NCBI RefSeq assembly: GCF_004010195.1
Contig: NC_057718.1
Coordinates: forward strand, 17,014,268-17,040,424
Reading direction: 5' to 3'
DNA: 26,157 nucleotides
Origin: Chiloscyllium plagiosum
Taxonomy: Eukaryota
In this document: piece by piece, positions 21,714-26,157 of the stretch
Layout: each line of letters opens with the position of its first letter
How positions within the stretch are numbered: position 1 is the first letter of the stretch
Program-made: the position numbers and the translations under genes
Notes under the pieces: model-generated
Seen by the model: the letters and a program-made list of their open reading frames with translations, nothing else
Database searches by the model: none
What the model was told of the DNA's origin: nothing

Positions 21714-21944
21714 TGTTCTCCTTGGCACTGAAATAACTCCACACAGCCTAGTATCCCATCGCCAAGTTACCCTTTATTTACACGTGGGAAGTCCTTGACA
21801 CTTATCCAGCTCTATCAGAGCCAGCTCTCAGAGTGAACAGAACCTCTGACATTCCTGTTTTATCTGTCAGCCAGGGCTCCCTGATTGGACCAGGTTAACA
21901 TCCCCTATGAGGTCCACCTGGCTGCTGTCGTTACAATCACTGCA
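21714..21944 (-). mobile_element. Probable solo LTR
   Basis: TG...CA ends, an antisense poly(A) signal (tttatt, ~21773) and an antisense CCAAT (attgg, ~21884). It resembles a shark repeat I recall. No clear TSD, and the left boundary is uncertain. Confidence 0.45.
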
Positions 21945-23777
21945 GATAGCAGCTATGCTATCTCTTTTCATAATCAACATACTGATTAGATTATGACCTA
22001 TTCTGGAACCAATCATAATTACAAGGACAATTATGAATTATTTTTGAATGATCAGAAAACTGCTCTGTTATTACTGTTTAATCAGATTTACTTCTTCACA
22101 CAAAGATAATCTGTTTACATATCCAATTTTCATCTAATTGCATCAAAGATGAATAATCAAGTTAGGCTGTTATGAGATAAACAGAAAGACATTATTCATA
22201 TTAACAATGGATGGCAGTGCAACAACATACTGGCCAATCTGAATTTTATCAGTCCATGAGCAGACATGTTAGTGGATCAAAAGCATATCTTTCAGAAATT
22301 AACATATACAGTCATTTCTTCAACAACGCAATAGTTACATTCATGTGTGACAGCATGCTATACAAGAATCGAGCAATACAAATAACTTAAAATGTTGGCA
22401 ATTTGATTGTGCTATAGCCAACATACATTTTAAAGGTTTGTGTTTTAGAAACAGGGTCCCCTGTTCATCAAGTGCATTACACTAAGTTGGCTTTGATGGA
22501 CTGCACGCTATAGCAGAATGACCTGTATAGCCTCTGTAAATAATCTGTTTTCACTGACTATACTTTGTGTATGTGTTTTGTACATGTAAGGAGGGCTTGC
22601 AATTGCAGGGTTTTTCACAATCTCAGGATGTCACAAACTTTTTATGGTAAGAAGTGCATACACCGTTGAAATGTAGAAAAGATATTTTCTAGAAAAACAT
22701 TGCACTCACTTATGCATGTCCTTGTTTAATTTTCTCCCCTTCGCACCTCTGACTCTATGTAACAAGATAATCTTTTAATCATGTAAAATCTTATGTACAC
22801 TGAGCACAACAACTGATAAAACCAAAGGACAGAGTACCGTCATTCATTAATAATGTGTGGCTTGTATAAAATTCCACGACAGTTGTTTGGATCATCTGAT
22901 GGATTAGTTTGTTTTGTTTTAATGCAGTAAATCATTGCTGTGGAAGCAATAATGTCTTCAACACTTTAATGTTAACTGACAGCCTGGAATACCAAAGATA
23001 TTCCCACTCATTATTTATCCTTTAGTTTTGAAGAGTGCAAGTGATTGTTAAAAATGTGTCTGGCTCCTGACTGTCAACATGTTATTAAAGTCCAATGGAA
23101 TGTGCTGCACTATGGTTCTTTGCCTTTACATAGCCTTCTCAAACACTTAAATAGCAAATACTATCACCCAATTAACTTTAAGTAGAAACACTTCAGCAGA
23201 TACTCCTCTATTTTGACTGCAATCACATTCTCAGAGATGCTGTTACAAAATTCAAAAGGTTAAAGCAAAATGAAGTACTGAAAGTTCCTGGGGTCCTAAC
23301 GGTATTTGTGTTTTTAACTTTGCATCTGAAAAGTAACACTAGTCACCTGCAGTTTCCCATAATTTTGTACAGCTGATAATATCTGATGTACTCTATAATA
23401 TTTTCTCTGGGCTCCCATTCCATGTCTTACTCACTGCCAGATTATGTATGTATTACACATGACACCCCAGGCATGCTAAATTGCTCAAGTTTTATTTCCA
23501 TAAAATAAGCATGATCATACTAATGTTTTGAACATTTTGATTGAACATAGAAAGGAATTATTGAAATCTGGTTAGATTTAACCTTTTAACCAACAAAAAC
23601 ACAATTAGAGGCAATTCTTGACCTCCCTTTTATCCCAGCAAACTTTCTCCAAATTACTACAAGATGAAAGACATTCAGATGCGGGGTATCTCATTCCTTA
23701 AACAAGGAAAAACCTTAAGACTCCAGGTGGAAAACCCTGTTCTGGTCACTCCAGATTATAAATTAAATTCAGTTTCT

Positions 23778-24391
23778 ACAGAGGGTTCATTGAGTATCAC
23801 TGCCTGGTTTGGGAATTACACCATCTCAGATTGTAAGATTCTACAATGGATAGTGAGGACAGCTGAGAAGATCAACGGGGTCTCTCTTCCCTCCATTACA
23901 AATATTTACATTACATGCTGCATCCGCAAGGCTAACAGCATTGTGGATGACCCCTCACATCCTTTATTCAAATCTCTTCTCCCTCTTGCCATCTGGCAGA
24001 AGATACTGGAGCATTTAGTCTCTTATGGCCAGCTGTGCAACAGTTTCCTCCCCCAAGCCAACAGGCTCCTTAACACTGTATGATTACACTCTATTCCATT
24101 TGCAATTCTTGGATTACTTTTAGAATTGCTGCTAAAAAAATGTTTTATTAATGATCATTCATTGTTACACTGTAATTTGCCCATCACTGTGCCTATTGTC
24201 ATGTCTTGTCAGGAATTACTGTGCTATCTTGCATGTTTTGCACTTTTCTATTGCACTTTATGCTGCCCTGTGTATGACTATCCTCTCGTGTAGTCTGTGT
24301 GTTCATATAACACCTTGGTCCTGGAGGAAGGTTATCTCGTTTTTAATGTACCAGTTGTATATGGAGGAAACGACAAATACTCTACTCTACT
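23778..24391 (+). mobile_element. Rex1/Babar-clade LINE 3' end
   Basis: ORF 23664-24083 contains ITAWFGN...LQWIVRTAEKI.G..LPSI...DPSHP...NSFLPQANRLLN. The tail is (TACTC)n at 24378-24391. Confidence 0.85.
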
Positions 24392-24642
24392 AATATGTTT
24401 CCATGCCATCAAGGGAGTTGGGGAGAGAGAGGCATTACCAAAACTGATTTTGGAAACTGAGCTGTTTCAATTGGATCACATGTCAACATTCTGGGAGCTG
24501 TAATCATAAGTTTTAGGTTAGCAATAGAATAGAGCAAGAAGCAATTCAGACTGGTAAGGAGCTGATCCAATGGAGTGAGAACATATCTGGCCTAGGTGAA
24601 ATGGAATCCAAGATTAGCAGACAAAACTGTAACAGAACAATG

Positions 24643-24734
24643 TCAAGGTTAGAGTGGTGCTGGAAAAGCACAGCAGGCAAGGCAGCATCCGAGGAGCAGG
24701 ACGTTCGACATTTTGGGCAAGAGCCCTTCATCAA
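24643..24734 (-). mobile_element. Short PLE-derived element with a decayed hammerhead motif (family of 3353-3564)
   Basis: The minus strand reads TTGATGA-A-GGGC-tctt-GCCC-AAAATGTC-gaac. A possible TSD aacaatg lies at 24636-24642 and 24735-24741. Confidence 0.8.
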
Positions 24735-24780
24735 AACAATGGGCTGTCTTTAAATTAGAAAACAGTCTGAGATTAAGCCA

Positions 24781-25020
24781 AAACTGAACGAACTACAAAT
24801 GCTGGAAATCAGGAACAAAAACAAAACTTGCTGGAAATGCTCAGCTGATCTGACAGCATCTATGGAGAGAAAGCCACAGACAGGTCCAGTCATCCTTCTT
24901 CAGGGTCTGCTCAAGTATAGTTCTGAAGAAGGATCACTAGACCCGAAACATTAACTCTGCTTTCTCTCCACAGATGCTGCCAGACCTATTGAATTTCTTT
25001 GAGCAATTTCGGTTTTTCTT
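24781..25020. mobile_element. Palindromic non-autonomous PLE-derived element (family of 3033-3162)
   Basis: Inverted arms are ~24820-24903 and 24923-25020. The flanks tctgagattaagcca (24766-24780) and tctgtgattaagcca (25021-25035) match at 14/15. Confidence 0.82.
24919..24956 (+). ncRNA. Minimal type-I hammerhead ribozyme motif (best-preserved core in the window)
   Basis: Reads AGTT-CTGAAGA-A-GGATC-acta-GACCC-GAAAC-ATT-AACT. Stem I is AGTT/AACT, CUGANGA and GAAA are intact, and stem II has one mismatch. Confidence 0.65.
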
Positions 25021-25055
25021 TCTGTGATTAAGCCAGTCTGTTCACAATCTTGATG

Positions 25056-26157
25056 TCACAGAAAAAAAAAGTCAAAACAACAGCAGTTTTAAAAGATAAA
25101 AGAGCAGACAAAGGAAGCACATGGTGAGGACAGTGCAGGAGAGAGACAGAGAGAGAAAATCTGCACAGTTACTGCCTTTGCTGTTTGAATTCGTGTATCG
25201 CTGGACATTGGAATGCATCTGGGAAAAATTAACAAACAGTGAAATTCACAACTAACCTTGGAGGAACTGTTGGGCGAGGTTCACAGCACAGAATCAGAGA
25301 AGTTAATTGCTGTTTTAAGTCTGTCCAAGAGAAAGGCTGCAGTAGTGAGTACAGTGGATTCTTTCTTGATTATATGTTTTTGGAGATAAGTCTCTTGATT
25401 AAACTTAAAATATAAGCCATAGCTATTAATTTAATCTGGGGCAGTGTTTGTAGAGGAATAAGACGATGTTATTTTCTGGGCCTGTAGGTTGTGAAGGAGC
25501 AAAAATGGCCTTTGCAGTGATATGTACTTCTTGTCAGATGTGGGAGTTTAAAGAGAGTTTAAGGGTTACTGCGGATTATATCTGCCATAAGTGCTGTTGG
25601 ATGCGAATCTTATCAGATCGAGTGGATTGGTTGGAGAGACAAATAGAAGCGATGAGGAATTTGCAACAGCAACAGTATGTGATGGATGGCAGTTATAGAA
25701 AGGGGGAAAGGTCTCAGATACAGTCACATAGATGGCTTAATTCTAGGAAGGGTAAGAGAGGTAGGCAGCTAGAGCAGGAGTCTTTTGTGGATATACCCAT
25801 TTCAAAGCCGTTTTGGAAAATGTAGGGGGTGATGGATTCTCAGGGGAACGTAGCACAAACAGCCAAGTTTCTCGTATTGAGACTGGCTCTAATGCAGCGA
25901 GGGGTACGTCGGCTTCCAAGAGATCAATTGTGTTCGGGGATTCTGTAGTTAGAGGTACTGACAGACATTTCTGTGGCCAGCAGAGAAAAAGCAGAATGGT
26001 GTGTTGTTTCCCTGGTGCCAGGATCAAGGATGTCTCAGAGAGGGTGCAGAATGTTCTCACAGGGGAGAGGGGCCAGCAGGAGGTCATTGTCCACATTGGA
26101 ACCAACGACATTGGAAGGGAAAAGGTTGAGACTCTGAAGGGAGATTACAGAAAGTTC
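25056..26157 (+). mobile_element. 5' end of a CR1 LINE (5'UTR plus ORF1), running off the window
   Basis: A purine-rich leader precedes ORF1 (see next feature). The 5' boundary is approximate. Confidence 0.8.
25505..26157 (+). pseudogene. CR1 ORF1p: zinc finger, coiled coil and SGNH esterase domain, frameshifted
   Basis: MAFAVICTSCQMWE...YICHKC...LSDRVDWLERQIEAMR is followed by a frameshift near 25806. The next frame reads AVLENVG...IVFGDSVVRG...CFPGARIKDV...VIVHIGTND (SGNH blocks I-III). Confidence 0.88.

Overview
This is repeat-dense eukaryotic DNA. The HE1-type SINEs and CR1 LINEs point to a shark or ray genome (inference). I found no host exon, RNA gene or CRISPR array that the sequence supports. 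The window is a layered set of decayed retroelements: Gypsy gag/pol remnants (1-1530); several CR1-clade LINEs, including two ~3 kb ORF2 copies and a 5'UTR plus zinc-finger/SGNH-esterase ORF1 at the right edge; an RTE LINE; a Rex1/Babar LINE 3' end; about four tRNA-derived SINE families; a probable solo LTR; and two Penelope-like elements (PLEs) with GIY-YIG endonuclease. Four signals stand out. (1) Hammerhead-ribozyme-like cores lie in the PLE termini and in short non-coding PLE-derived elements, two of which are ~210-240 bp palindromes between ~15-bp duplicated flanks. (2) Four PLE-related insertions share the same divergent inverted layout. (3) There are two apparent locally templated copies, of 141 bp and 49 bp. 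(4) There is a three-level nest: a CR1 inside an HE1 SINE inside a short SINE. Family names come from my recognition of motifs, not from database searches.
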